DNA from: Candidatus Levyibacteriota bacterium
Lineage (GTDB): Bacteria; Patescibacteriota; Microgenomatia; Levybacterales; UBA12049
Assembly: GCA_016188975.1 (NCBI GenBank)
Contig: JACPGQ010000003.1
Span: 1 to 50,845 of the forward strand
Direction of reading: 5' to 3'
DNA: 50,845 nt
Shown: one piece after another, positions 9,503 to 18,054 of the stretch
Position numbering within the stretch: position 1 is the first letter of the stretch
Layout of the letters: each line of letters opens with the position of its first letter
Made by a program: the position numbers and the translations under genes
Notes under the pieces: generated by a model
What the model was told of the DNA's origin: nothing
The model's input: the letters and a program-made list of their open reading frames with translations, nothing else
Database searches by the model: none

Positions 9503-9883
9503 TCAAGCAATCACGGGGAGCATGTGTGTTCGAATTATCTGTAAAAGTTCTTCTGTGTCAAAAGGCTTTGCGAGATAACCAGCTATCCCCAAATTAGTTG
9601 CCTCCTGCTGCCCGGAAGGATGGGCTGAAAACATAACAATTGGGATATTTTCTGTCCTTTTATCATGCTTCAACTCCGTTGCAATCTGCTTCCCGTCCTG
9701 TCCGGAAAGAAAAAGATCGAGAAGCACTATGTTTGGAGCAAATCCACAAACCGTTGCAACAATATTCTCAGCCTTTCTTACCGCCTTGACAATGTAGCCT
9801 TGGTCCTGCAGACAATAGGTAAGCGCCTCAACTATTGACTCATCGTCATCGATCACAAATATCTTACCACTGTTTTTTGCCAT
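9503..9883 (-). CDS. Single-domain response regulator
   Basis: VIDDD, LLDL and KPF motifs; start taken at MAKNSG. Confidence 0.9.
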   Translation of the reverse strand: MAKNSGKIFVIDDDESIVEALTYCLQDQGYIVKAVRKAENIVATVCGFAPNIVLLDLFLSGQDGKQIATELKHDKRTENIPIVMFSAHPSGQQEATNLGIAGYLAKPFDTEELLQIIRTHMLPVIA

Positions 9884-9945
9884 TCCATTATTATCGCACA
9901 CGAAATAGAAAGCTGGTAAAAAAAATGTAAGAGACACGTAAGAGC

Positions 9946-11622
9946 TTAGTGCTCTATCGCGTGGAGCACGGGGAGATACATTCTCTCGATGTAGGCTCTG
10001 AACATTCGCGTCGCGCTGAATTGGTTCAGAGACATTGCTCGGGCATTTTTCATATGCGCCACCCACTCGTCTCTTTGCTCAAAATACATCGGAAGAATCT
10101 GGTCATGTAAAGCATTGTGAATACTTTTGCTAATACTATCATTATCAAGTATCCATCCAATTCTGAATAGCTCTGCTTCATCTACCCACCCGTCTTTCGT
10201 ACTTACCGGAATTGTTCCGTTTAAAGCAGCTTTCATGCCGCTTGTGCCACATGCCTCAAATCCGACGACTGGGGTATTGATCCATATATCACACCCAGCG
10301 ACCATCAACCGGGCAAGTTCCAGGTTATAGCTTGAAAGATACACGATTATATCTTTCAGCTCATTTTTTGCCAAATGAACAATCTGTTGCATAAGAGAAG
10401 CACCGTCGACGTCCCCCGGAGGCGCAAATCCAGATACAACGACGCGGACTCTTCTTCCCTCTGCTGTGGCCAGAGACTTGAAACGCTCTACGTCTTGAAA
10501 GAGGGCGAGGGGCCTTTTGTAGGGAACCATCCGTCTTGCCCACCCGATAACAAAATCCTCTTCGTCCCACGACACTCCCGTCCGCACGTGAAGATATGAG
10601 AGGAGTTTTTGCTTTTGCCCTGTATGGTACGCAAGAACATCATCCCCAACCTCTCCATCCCAGGTTGGGATGTGTACGCCATTTGTTACAATTTCCATGG
10701 GATGGTCAGCCCAAATCTCTTTTGCTTTCTGTTGGTGAATCGTGCTGACCGCATTTATCCTGTTTGCGATCCTAAGCGAAAGCATCGTCATCGAAAATCT
10801 GCTTGAATCCTGAATCAGTCCGAGATTGACAATTTCATTTGCGGGGACCTGCAGTTCTTCAGCGTATTTGTGAAGCATTGTCGAAACCAAATCATTACTA
10901 AACACTTCATTGCCTGCACTTACAAGCGTGTGGTTTGTAAATACGATGTGACGTTTTGCAAGCGAGATTGCATCCTGAAAACTCACCTGACGCCTGACCA
11001 TCTCATGACGCATCAGGTCCAGAATAAGCATTGCTGAGTGCCCTTCGTTGAGGTGATAAACGGATGGGTGAATCCTCAGCGCTTCCAAAAGCCGTATGCC
11101 CCCAATCCCTAAAACCATCTCCTGTTTCAGCCGTGTTTCCTTATCCGTCGTGTATAGCCTGCTGGTTATCGCTCTGTCCTCAGCACTATTTTCCTCAACA
11201 TTTGTATCCAGAAGAAAAACGTTCACATTTTTGTAGGAGTACTTCCAGGCGGAAACAAGAATATGCCGGTCTTGGATTGGGACCGTGAGCTTGATCGGAT
11301 TGCCAAAAGTATCATTCACAGGGACGATTCCGCTGTCTTTTGGGCCGAGCACTACCGTCCCGTCCACAATACTTCCGGTTTCATCAACTTTTTGTGAGAC
11401 ATATCCTTCTCGATAATAAAGCCCCAATGCAACAAGCGGAAACGACCGGTCTCCCGCTTCTTTGATAGTATCCCCTGACAAAACCCCCAGTCCGCCTGCA
11501 AAAATGGGGAGCTTGTCGGACAAAGCATACTCTGCGCTAAAATACGCGACCGGCTGAGTCTGAAACTGCTTGAAATCGTCAGTCTGGAGAAAAGAAGAAA
11601 ACCAATTCAGATCATCCTGCAT
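9946..11622 (-). CDS. glgP: Alpha-glucan (glycogen) phosphorylase
   Basis: YFSAEY, GGLGVLSGD, HLNEGH, EACGTSGMK. Confidence 0.93.
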   Translation of the reverse strand: MQDDLNWFSSFLQTDDFKQFQTQPVAYFSAEYALSDKLPIFAGGLGVLSGDTIKEAGDRSFPLVALGLYYREGYVSQKVDETGSIVDGTVVLGPKDSGIVPVNDTFGNPIKLTVPIQDRHILVSAWKYSYKNVNVFLLDTNVEENSAEDRAITSRLYTTDKETRLKQEMVLGIGGIRLLEALRIHPSVYHLNEGHSAMLILDLMRHEMVRRQVSFQDAISLAKRHIVFTNHTLVSAGNEVFSNDLVSTMLHKYAEELQVPANEIVNLGLIQDSSRFSMTMLSLRIANRINAVSTIHQQKAKEIWADHPMEIVTNGVHIPTWDGEVGDDVLAYHTGQKQKLLSYLHVRTGVSWDEEDFVIGWARRMVPYKRPLALFQDVERFKSLATAEGRRVRVVVSGFAPPGDVDGASLMQQIVHLAKNELKDIIVYLSSYNLELARLMVAGCDIWINTPVVGFEACGTSGMKAALNGTIPVSTKDGWVDEAELFRIGWILDNDSISKSIHNALHDQILPMYFEQRDEWVAHMKNARAMSLNQFSATRMFRAYIERMYLPVLHAIEH

Positions 11623-11741
11623 TCCTTAAAGTATAACAAACATAAAGAGGTTCGGTAAGCGGTAACGAAGCCCGTATCGGTAACGTTAAACGTATAACGT
11701 TTTACGAAACTGGCATCGTAACCGAAAAACGCTAAACATCA

Positions 11742-13334
11742 TTACGCGGTCGCTTTATATGCAGGGTGCGGTGTTTCACTCACCGCACGTTTACGGCTAG
11801 CGATCACCTGCCGATACCACAAATCATACTCTTTTGCCGCGTGTTCCCATGAAAAATCACTCTCCAAACAATCAATAACAAGTTTACGCCACAGTGTTTT
11901 CTGCCGGTAAAAAGTCAGTGCTTCAACAATTTTCGCGTAAAGCGCCCATGGGTCGATTGAAGAAAATGAGAAACCGTTGCCGCTTTGTTTCTCAGGATTA
12001 AAATCCTCAATGATGTCATTGAGTCCGCCAGTCCGACGGACCAGAGGAACACAACCATAGCGAAGTGCTTCCAAAGCGACAATTCCTCCCGGCTCAAAAT
12101 AACTTGGGATGAGGATTATATCCCCGCCTGCATATAGCTTTCGGGGAAGACGAAAGTCGCCGCGAAGATGAAGACCAATTTGCTGCGGAAAATCTTGTTT
12201 TAGCAGCTGCAGCTTGTCCCGATAATTTGATTGGTCACTGCTCCCCAGTGCAATGATCTGAAGACCAGGATAAATAGTAAGTACATGAGGCAAAACTGTC
12301 AGTAACAAATCCCACCCTTTCTGCGTTGAGAGCCTTCCGCAACTCACGATGACTGGTACGTTCTCATTTTCTGGAAGAAAAAACAGCTTCTGCAGGTCTT
12401 TTTTGTTCGCTGCTCTTCCTCTCTGAAATGTCTTAATTCCATACCGTCTCTTGATGATGGGATCTGTCGTCGGATTAAATTCCTTGGTATCAAGACCATT
12501 GAGAATTCCTGCTAACTTTCCCCGCGCTTTTATGAGCTCCTCTTCAAGCCCCTCGGCAAACTCGGGAGTCAGCACCTCAACGGCGTGCGATGGACTGACT
12601 GTACTTATCGCATCTGAGAATCTAATTCCCCGAAGGAGCGCGTTCTGTTTTTGCATTTTTGTATCCAGCATCGGGAGGAGCTTATCGTTACCATTATCTT
12701 TATCGGCAGGTGGAGCATAGCGAAAATCAAAATTTCCCTGATATGCAAAATTATGCACTGTATAGACAACTGGAATTTTTTCAAAAACAGGGGCGTATCG
12801 CGGGTCTCGCCTCATCATTTCGATAAGGTATCCCGTATGCCAATCGTTGCAGTGGATGAGATCAGGCCACCATTCAAGCTGCTTATTTTCACTATCTTCA
12901 GACAATCGCTTTATCTGGAGAAAAAACTCTAGGAAGCCTTTTGACAGGAGCGCAAATCGTATATGGTCATCACCATACCCGAAAACATTTGCCCGGAGTT
13001 CGTAGTATTCCCTGTTCTCAAGAAAATAAATATCAGGGTCTGATTCTTTTGCGTGGAAATATTTGACATTGCATATGAGAAAATCTTCTTTGTCTTTACC
13101 CTGAATTTCAACCTGTCTCGACTCACCTACGGGAACACGAAGCCCCTCATAAAGCATGGTAAACTTCCATTTTCCGCTGACATTTTTTTCATCAATCACG
13201 CCGTATTTAGGAGTAAAAATGCGGACATCATGCTTCATGTGTCGGAGTGCTCGGGGAAGAAAATACATGACTTGTGACAACCCGCCAACTGTCGAAAATG
13301 GCGCCACTTCAGCCGCAACAAATAAAATCTTCAT
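11742..13334 (-). CDS. glgA: Glycogen synthase
   Basis: AEVAPF-GGL, HCNDWHT, GILNGLD, PSYFEPGG; true start MKILFV. Confidence 0.93.
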   Translation of the reverse strand: MKILFVAAEVAPFSTVGGLSQVMYFLPRALRHMKHDVRIFTPKYGVIDEKNVSGKWKFTMLYEGLRVPVGESRQVEIQGKDKEDFLICNVKYFHAKESDPDIYFLENREYYELRANVFGYGDDHIRFALLSKGFLEFFLQIKRLSEDSENKQLEWWPDLIHCNDWHTGYLIEMMRRDPRYAPVFEKIPVVYTVHNFAYQGNFDFRYAPPADKDNGNDKLLPMLDTKMQKQNALLRGIRFSDAISTVSPSHAVEVLTPEFAEGLEEELIKARGKLAGILNGLDTKEFNPTTDPIIKRRYGIKTFQRGRAANKKDLQKLFFLPENENVPVIVSCGRLSTQKGWDLLLTVLPHVLTIYPGLQIIALGSSDQSNYRDKLQLLKQDFPQQIGLHLRGDFRLPRKLYAGGDIILIPSYFEPGGIVALEALRYGCVPLVRRTGGLNDIIEDFNPEKQSGNGFSFSSIDPWALYAKIVEALTFYRQKTLWRKLVIDCLESDFSWEHAAKEYDLWYRQVIASRKRAVSETPHPAYKATA

Positions 13335-13447
13335 GTCTGTATTGTAGCATACGCAAGTTGGATATGCAACAATCGCGATTGCAAGAAGCAGTATTGCTCC
13401 AACGAGGTAGAACACTTTGAACCAGTCAAGATTTAAATACCACTCAA

Positions 13448-13672
13448 TCATGAGACTCCTTTCAAAAGAAGCAGGCTTAGCAAGAAAGCTAAGACTCCTG
13501 CGATCAATCCCAACCCTAGCATAAACAGATCAATAGTGTCAACTCGTGCGAACGCCGGAGCAAGAAATGTTCCGAAGAAAAAAAGACTGAGGTCTTTTGC
13601 ATAATCGGACAATTGCTGCAATTGCGCTTCGTTGAGCCGTGACCGTTTATACCGTCTGATCAACAAAATCAT
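13448..13672 (-). CDS. Small two-TM hypothetical protein
   Basis: 74-aa hydrophobic ORF; stop overlaps the ATG of a further short hydrophobic stretch at 13451. Confidence 0.55.
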   Translation of the reverse strand: MILLIRRYKRSRLNEAQLQQLSDYAKDLSLFFFGTFLAPAFARVDTIDLFMLGLGLIAGVLAFLLSLLLLKGVS

Positions 13673-13727
13673 GTTCGTTTTGTATCACAAACATGCACCC
13701 AATGCAAAATATGCTAAATACCAGCAA

Positions 13728-13991
13728 CTAGTTCTTACCCTCCCCCGTCTGCTTTCTCCCCTCAGTCATCGCGAGGAGATTGCCAAATTCTTTGAGGAAT
13801 TTTTTGGCATGCTCCCTGCTCATTCCCATGCGGGCAACAATCCTCAGCTGATTTGTAGCACCGATTTTCTGTCCGAAATCGAGTACGACACCGTCTTCAT
13901 TTGTCGTCATAAAAATGTTGTCTGTATACAGAATCGGGGTCGTGTCAAGATTGAGATTAATTGAAACCTGTTTCTCATCTTTTTTGTCCAT
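13728..13991 (-). CDS. DUF3467-like protein
   Basis: ILYTDN...VVLDF...VARMGMSREHAKKF; GGAGGTG Shine-Dalgarno. Confidence 0.75.
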   Translation of the reverse strand: MDKKDEKQVSINLNLDTTPILYTDNIFMTTNEDGVVLDFGQKIGATNQLRIVARMGMSREHAKKFLKEFGNLLAMTEGRKQTGEGKN

Positions 13992-14012
13992 ACATCATCA
14001 CCTCCATCCACA

Positions 14013-14103
14013 ATGCGAATAGCGTATGGCTCGTTGCCCTAAGGCGAACTTCATAGCAAATGGTCCAAAAAACCATACGCTATATGCCATAAGCCATACG
14101 CAA
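14013..14103. repeat. Heptamer-based inverted-repeat element
   Basis: ATAGCGTATGG ... CCATACGCTAT arms with CCATACG/CCATAAG units. Confidence 0.65.
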
Positions 14104-14161
14104 CTTTCTGTGCTAGCAATTATACCCTTTTATAAAGAAGATGTGCTATGCTACACCTTAG

Positions 14162-15322
14162 ATGAAAACCGTTGTGTCGCTCTTCATAGGTGCAGCCATC
14201 ATTACGGTCATCCTCCTAGGCTTTGCCAAATTTCGGCAAGATACTGTTTTTGAAAAACCCGCTCGACCGACCTCACCTCCCTTATCTGCTCAGAAGACAC
14301 CGGAACAAACCGCGCCGGTAACAACAGTAGCTACTGGCCTTGAGGTCCCCTGGGCGATTGCTTTCCTCCCTGAAGGAGGCGATATGCTTGTCACCGAACG
14401 CTCAGGAAGCGTTCGGTTAGTACGAAAAAGTGGCGGACTTGACCCAAATCCTTTGCTGACTATAGAAGACGTTGAAGAAATAGGTGAAGGAGGACTTATG
14501 GGAGTAGCAATCCATCCGGATTTTCCTCAAAAACCGTATGTCTACTTCTACTACACGACCGGACAACGTGGAAGCCAAACGACAAATCAGCTCGTACGCT
14601 ATACGTTTGAGGACGGGGCATTTTCAGATAAAATTGTACTCATAGAAGCTATACCTGGCGCACCAAATCACGACGGAGGAAGAATTAAATTCGGCCCTGA
14701 CTCCTTTCTCTATATTACGACTGGAGACTCGCAAGAACCCTCGCTTGCCCAAAACCGCAATTCATTTGCCGGGAAAATCTTACGCGTCACAGATGAGGGA
14801 AAACCGGCACCTGGTAATCCGTTCATAAGTGGCGGGGGAAATCCCCTTGTCTATTCGTATGGACATCGCAACCCGCAAGGCATCTCGTGGAATAGTAGCG
14901 GTAATCTCTGGGCAACAGAGCACGGACGGTCTGCTCCGACAGGACTTGATGAAATAAACCTGATTGAGAGTGGCCAAAACTATGGCTGGCCGACAATCCA
15001 AGGAGATGAAACAAGATCTGGTATGGTAACACCGAAACGGAACTCAGGACCGACGACAACATGGGCACCATCCGGCGCTGCCTTCGTCAATAATTCTCTG
15101 TTTTTTGCCGGACTTCGGGGAGAAACACTGTATGAAGCAGCAATAAAAGGAGACAACGTCACGCAACTCAAGGAACATTTCAAAGGACAGTTTGGCAGAC
15201 TCCGCGAGGTCGTCCTCAGTCCCGACGGCATGCTCTATGTCACGACGAGTAATAGAGATGGCAGAGGAAGTCCGAGTAATGAGGATGATAGGATTATAAA
15301 AATTGACCCCAACAAACTTTGA
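14162..15322 (+). CDS. PQQ-dependent glucose/sorbosone dehydrogenase family protein
   Basis: GEGGLMG, NHDGGRIKFGPD, GHRNPQG, NYGWP; N-terminal anchor. Confidence 0.92.
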   Translation: MKTVVSLFIGAAIITVILLGFAKFRQDTVFEKPARPTSPPLSAQKTPEQTAPVTTVATGLEVPWAIAFLPEGGDMLVTERSGSVRLVRKSGGLDPNPLLTIEDVEEIGEGGLMGVAIHPDFPQKPYVYFYYTTGQRGSQTTNQLVRYTFEDGAFSDKIVLIEAIPGAPNHDGGRIKFGPDSFLYITTGDSQEPSLAQNRNSFAGKILRVTDEGKPAPGNPFISGGGNPLVYSYGHRNPQGISWNSSGNLWATEHGRSAPTGLDEINLIESGQNYGWPTIQGDETRSGMVTPKRNSGPTTTWAPSGAAFVNNSLFFAGLRGETLYEAAIKGDNVTQLKEHFKGQFGRLREVVLSPDGMLYVTTSNRDGRGSPSNEDDRIIKIDPNKL

Positions 15323-15393
15323 TTCAAACTCAGAAAATAGTCTACCCAGAATTCTCTTCGCACGTTTACTGAAGATATACTAGTATACTTGCA

Positions 15394-15828
15394 CTATTCA
15401 TCAAAAGCTCCTTGAAGGAACTTCGCACGAGCGCGCATATCTGTTTTCGAACGAAGTGCTAAGTCCAATGGCTCAAATGCTTTCTCAATTTTTTTCCAGA
15501 ACTGCCTATTCTTTTCCAGCTTGATTAGTTTTTGTATTTTCCTTATAAATGGTGCTCGTTTATTTTCTAATAAGTACTTATGAGAACGAACTGTTTCAAG
15601 ACTGATTGAAAGACTATTCTGAATTTCTGAGCTCCGAAAGCCTTTTTGTAACATCATATACAAAACAAGTCTCTTTCCTAGCATTGTTCTTTCTTCTTGT
15701 GTTAAAAACTCACCGAGAAATTGATGTATCTCATCTTTTCCTGAGAATGACACAATAAGCGTATTAAGCTGTTCATCAAGCTCTTTCTGTAATTCGACGT
15801 TGATTTTCCTCTTCGAAACCCTCCCCAT
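15394..15828 (-). CDS. TrpR-like (YerC/YecD-type) regulator
   Basis: FLTQEERTMLGKRL followed by an HTH (SEIQNSLSISLETV). Confidence 0.75.
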   Translation of the reverse strand: MGRVSKRKINVELQKELDEQLNTLIVSFSGKDEIHQFLGEFLTQEERTMLGKRLVLYMMLQKGFRSSEIQNSLSISLETVRSHKYLLENKRAPFIRKIQKLIKLEKNRQFWKKIEKAFEPLDLALRSKTDMRARAKFLQGAFDE

Positions 15829-15858
15829 ACTACAAATATACTAGTATATTTGTAGTAT
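15827..15858. promoter_or_regulatory. 32-bp perfect palindrome overlapping the TrpR-like start codon (putative operator)
   Basis: ATACTACAAATATACT|AGTATATTTGTAGTAT. Confidence 0.7.
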
Positions 15859-15919
15859 TGTAGTAAACGCAAGAAAACGTATGATTAGTATTTATTAGAA
15901 AATATCGTACAATACATCT

Positions 15920-17101
15920 ATGGACGTGTACGAAGAATCGCTCAAACTTCATAAAAAACATCAAGGCAAACTTGAAACGACAGGAATTGTTCAGATAACG
16001 AGTAAACAAGACCTTGCGATCTACTACACCCCAGGAGTCGCTGAGCCGTCACGACAAATTGCTAAAGACAAAACGCTTTCATTTGACCTCACGCTTCGCG
16101 GGAGAACTATTGCAGTCATCTCAGACGGATCTGCAGTACTTGGTCTTGGTAATATCGGAGCAGAAGCAGCACTTCCCGTCATGGAGGGAAAATCACTACT
16201 TCTCAAAAAGTTCGGTGGTGTCGATTCATTTCCACTCGTCATACATGTAAGAACCCCTGAAGAAATCATCCATTTTGTCAGAGATGTCGTACCGACATTC
16301 GCCGGGATACTGCTCGAGGATATTGCAGCGCCAAAGTGTTTCCAGATTGAGGAACAGCTACAAGACCTTGGGATTCCAGTCTTTCATGATGACCAACACG
16401 GGACGGCAATTGTCGTCTCAGCTGCTCTCAGAAACGCGGCCAAAGTCGTCGGAAAACCATTTGAATCACTCAATGTCGTCATAGTCGGCGCTGGAGCTGC
16501 AGGACTTGCAGTTGCACGGATGCTTCTGGGACTTAACTGTGCTGAAGACAGATGCGATCGTCTCCCTGGAAGTAGGTCGGTCAGTGAGGTCATCGTCGTT
16601 GACTCCAAAGGCGCACTCTACTCAGGACGTGATGGACAAAATATCTATAAACAAGCTGTTGCAGGACTTTCGAATAAACAGAGAAAATCCGGTCCTCTTG
16701 AGGAGGTTATAAAAAACGCCGACGCAGTTGTCGGTGTCTCAGGGCCGAATACTATTACGAAGGAGATGGTGGCGAGCATGGCTGACAAAGCAATAGTCTT
16801 TGCGATGGCAAATCCAATTCCTGAAATCATGCCGGATGATGCAAAAGAAGCAGGCGCGTTTGTGATTGCTACAGGACGCTCTGACTTCCCCAATCAAATC
16901 AACAACGTCCTTGCCTTCCCCGGCATTTTTAAAGCTGTAGTGAAAGGAAGACTAAAAACAATCACGCATGAAATGAAAGAAGCAGCAGTTGATGCGATCG
17001 CCAATCTCGTCCCAAACCCGACACAAGAATCCATCATCCCCGACCTCTTTCACCCAGGTCTTGCTGAGAAGATTAGTGAGGCAATATTAAAAGTTAAATA
17101 G
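15920..17101 (+). CDS. NAD(P)-dependent malic enzyme
   Basis: YTPGVA, DGSAVLGLGNIG, FHDDQHGTA, TGRSDFPNQINN. Confidence 0.95.
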   Translation: MDVYEESLKLHKKHQGKLETTGIVQITSKQDLAIYYTPGVAEPSRQIAKDKTLSFDLTLRGRTIAVISDGSAVLGLGNIGAEAALPVMEGKSLLLKKFGGVDSFPLVIHVRTPEEIIHFVRDVVPTFAGILLEDIAAPKCFQIEEQLQDLGIPVFHDDQHGTAIVVSAALRNAAKVVGKPFESLNVVIVGAGAAGLAVARMLLGLNCAEDRCDRLPGSRSVSEVIVVDSKGALYSGRDGQNIYKQAVAGLSNKQRKSGPLEEVIKNADAVVGVSGPNTITKEMVASMADKAIVFAMANPIPEIMPDDAKEAGAFVIATGRSDFPNQINNVLAFPGIFKAVVKGRLKTITHEMKEAAVDAIANLVPNPTQESIIPDLFHPGLAEKISEAILKVK

Positions 17102-17429
17102 TGTGCTGAGGCTTACAGAAAGCGAAACAAACTACCTCATAAAATGATATAGCAGCGAATTGTTGAAGCAACACAGGATTGCTTTGTCCAACCTTAATCA
17201 ATCTATCAGTAGTCTCGTGAAAGGCAGCTTTCAGTTGTTCTTTTTGCTCACCCGACTCTGCATAATGATAAGCAGATATTCCTCTTCCTGCCTCATGCAA
17301 TAAGAATTTTGCATCTCCATTAAGTTGAAGTCCAGCTTCAGCCACGAAGTTATTAAATATCCCTACTCGATCGCGTAATGGAAGGGATTTAATATCTACA
17401 GTTGGTCCCTCACGATTCCCTCTTCTCAT
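17094..17429 (-). CDS. Hypothetical protein
   Basis: 111-aa ATG ORF with TATAAT just upstream. Confidence 0.5.
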   Translation of the reverse strand: MRRGNREGPTVDIKSLPLRDRVGIFNNFVAEAGLQLNGDAKFLLHEAGRGISAYHYAESGEQKEQLKAAFHETTDRLIKVGQSNPVLLQQFAAISFYEVVCFAFCKPQHTI

Positions 17430-17489
17430 AAAAATATTATAACAAATTTATTTGATAAAAAGAATATTATGGGTTAAACAAATTTGAAC

Positions 17490-17577
17490 TGGCGGAGAGG
17501 GAGGGATTCGAACTCGCGGTATCTTGCGATACGACGGTTTAGTAAACCGTTACCATAGACCACTCGGTCACCTCTCC
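17490..17577 (-). tRNA. tRNA-Ser-type (class II), anticodon ACU, T-stem mismatched; possibly pseudo-tRNA
   Basis: GGAGAGG/CCTCTCC acceptor stem, G73-CCA, long variable arm GTATC-GCAA-GATAC, anticodon arm ACGGT-TTACTAA-ACCGT, TTCGAAT loop. Confidence 0.85.
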
Positions 17578-17596
17578 ATAAGATGTTGTCCTCTTA

Positions 17597-17651
17597 TCCG
17601 CCTTTGGCGGACGACCACCCCGCCAGAGGCGGGCAGGTATGCGACCTCTCC
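17597..17651 (-). pseudogene. 5' fragment of a second tRNA-Ser interrupted by two mini-hairpins
   Basis: Minus strand GGAGAGGTCGCATA[CCTGCCCGCCTCTGGCGGG]GTGGTC[GTCCGCCAAAGGCGGA]. Confidence 0.55.
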
Positions 17652-17679
17652 AGATTATTGCTATTATACGCAAAATCCC

Positions 17680-17847
17680 TTAGATCAGAGTATAGATAAA
17701 TGGCGCAACTCCCGTTGCCTGGGCGAAGATGAGGATGAAGCTGAAGATAAGAAGGACTACGATGAGGGGTATAAGAAACCACAATTTTGCTTTCCACAAA
17801 TACACAAGCAATTCCCCTGCCTCACCAAAACGACTAAAAAAGCTCAT
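17680..17847 (-). CDS. DUF5989/SxtK-like small membrane protein (55 aa, absent from the ORF track)
   Basis: Translated by hand: MSFFSRFGEAGELLVYLWKAKLWFLIPLIVVLLIFSFILIFAQATGVAPFIYTLI; APFIYTL C-terminus; downstream of the carbamoyltransferase. Confidence 0.88.
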   Translation of the reverse strand: MSFFSRFGEAGELLVYLWKAKLWFLIPLIVVLLIFSFILIFAQATGVAPFIYTLI

Positions 17848-17900
17848 AAATTCTTTATAGCATATTTTGTCTTTACAGTCTTCAGATTCTACAACTCTAA

Positions 17901-18054
17901 AATTTCTAATTTCTAAATCCTAATCCGTCAGTTGACGGACTAAACAAACCCCAATAACCAAATCCAAAAAGGTTTTGAACTTTTATATCTTGAACTTGTT
18001 TAGGATTTCGATATCAGGATTTTATTAGGTAAATTAGAAATTAGGTTAATTAGA
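17901..18054. repeat. Heptamer-arm intergenic element with nested 16-bp hairpin
   Basis: Left end AATTTCTAATTTCTAAATCCTAA is identical to 26983-27005; right end TTAGAAATTAGGTNAATTAGA is shared. Confidence 0.8.

Noticed and set aside
16530..16585. Extra loop NCAEDRCDRLPGSRS in malic enzyme as another repeat insert
   Set aside because: No clear hairpin and no match to the repeat families seen elsewhere.
17536..17546. Amber (CUA) suppressor reading of the tRNA anticodon loop
   Set aside because: In the 7-nt loop TTACTAA positions 34-36 are ACT; CTA would need an off-register loop.
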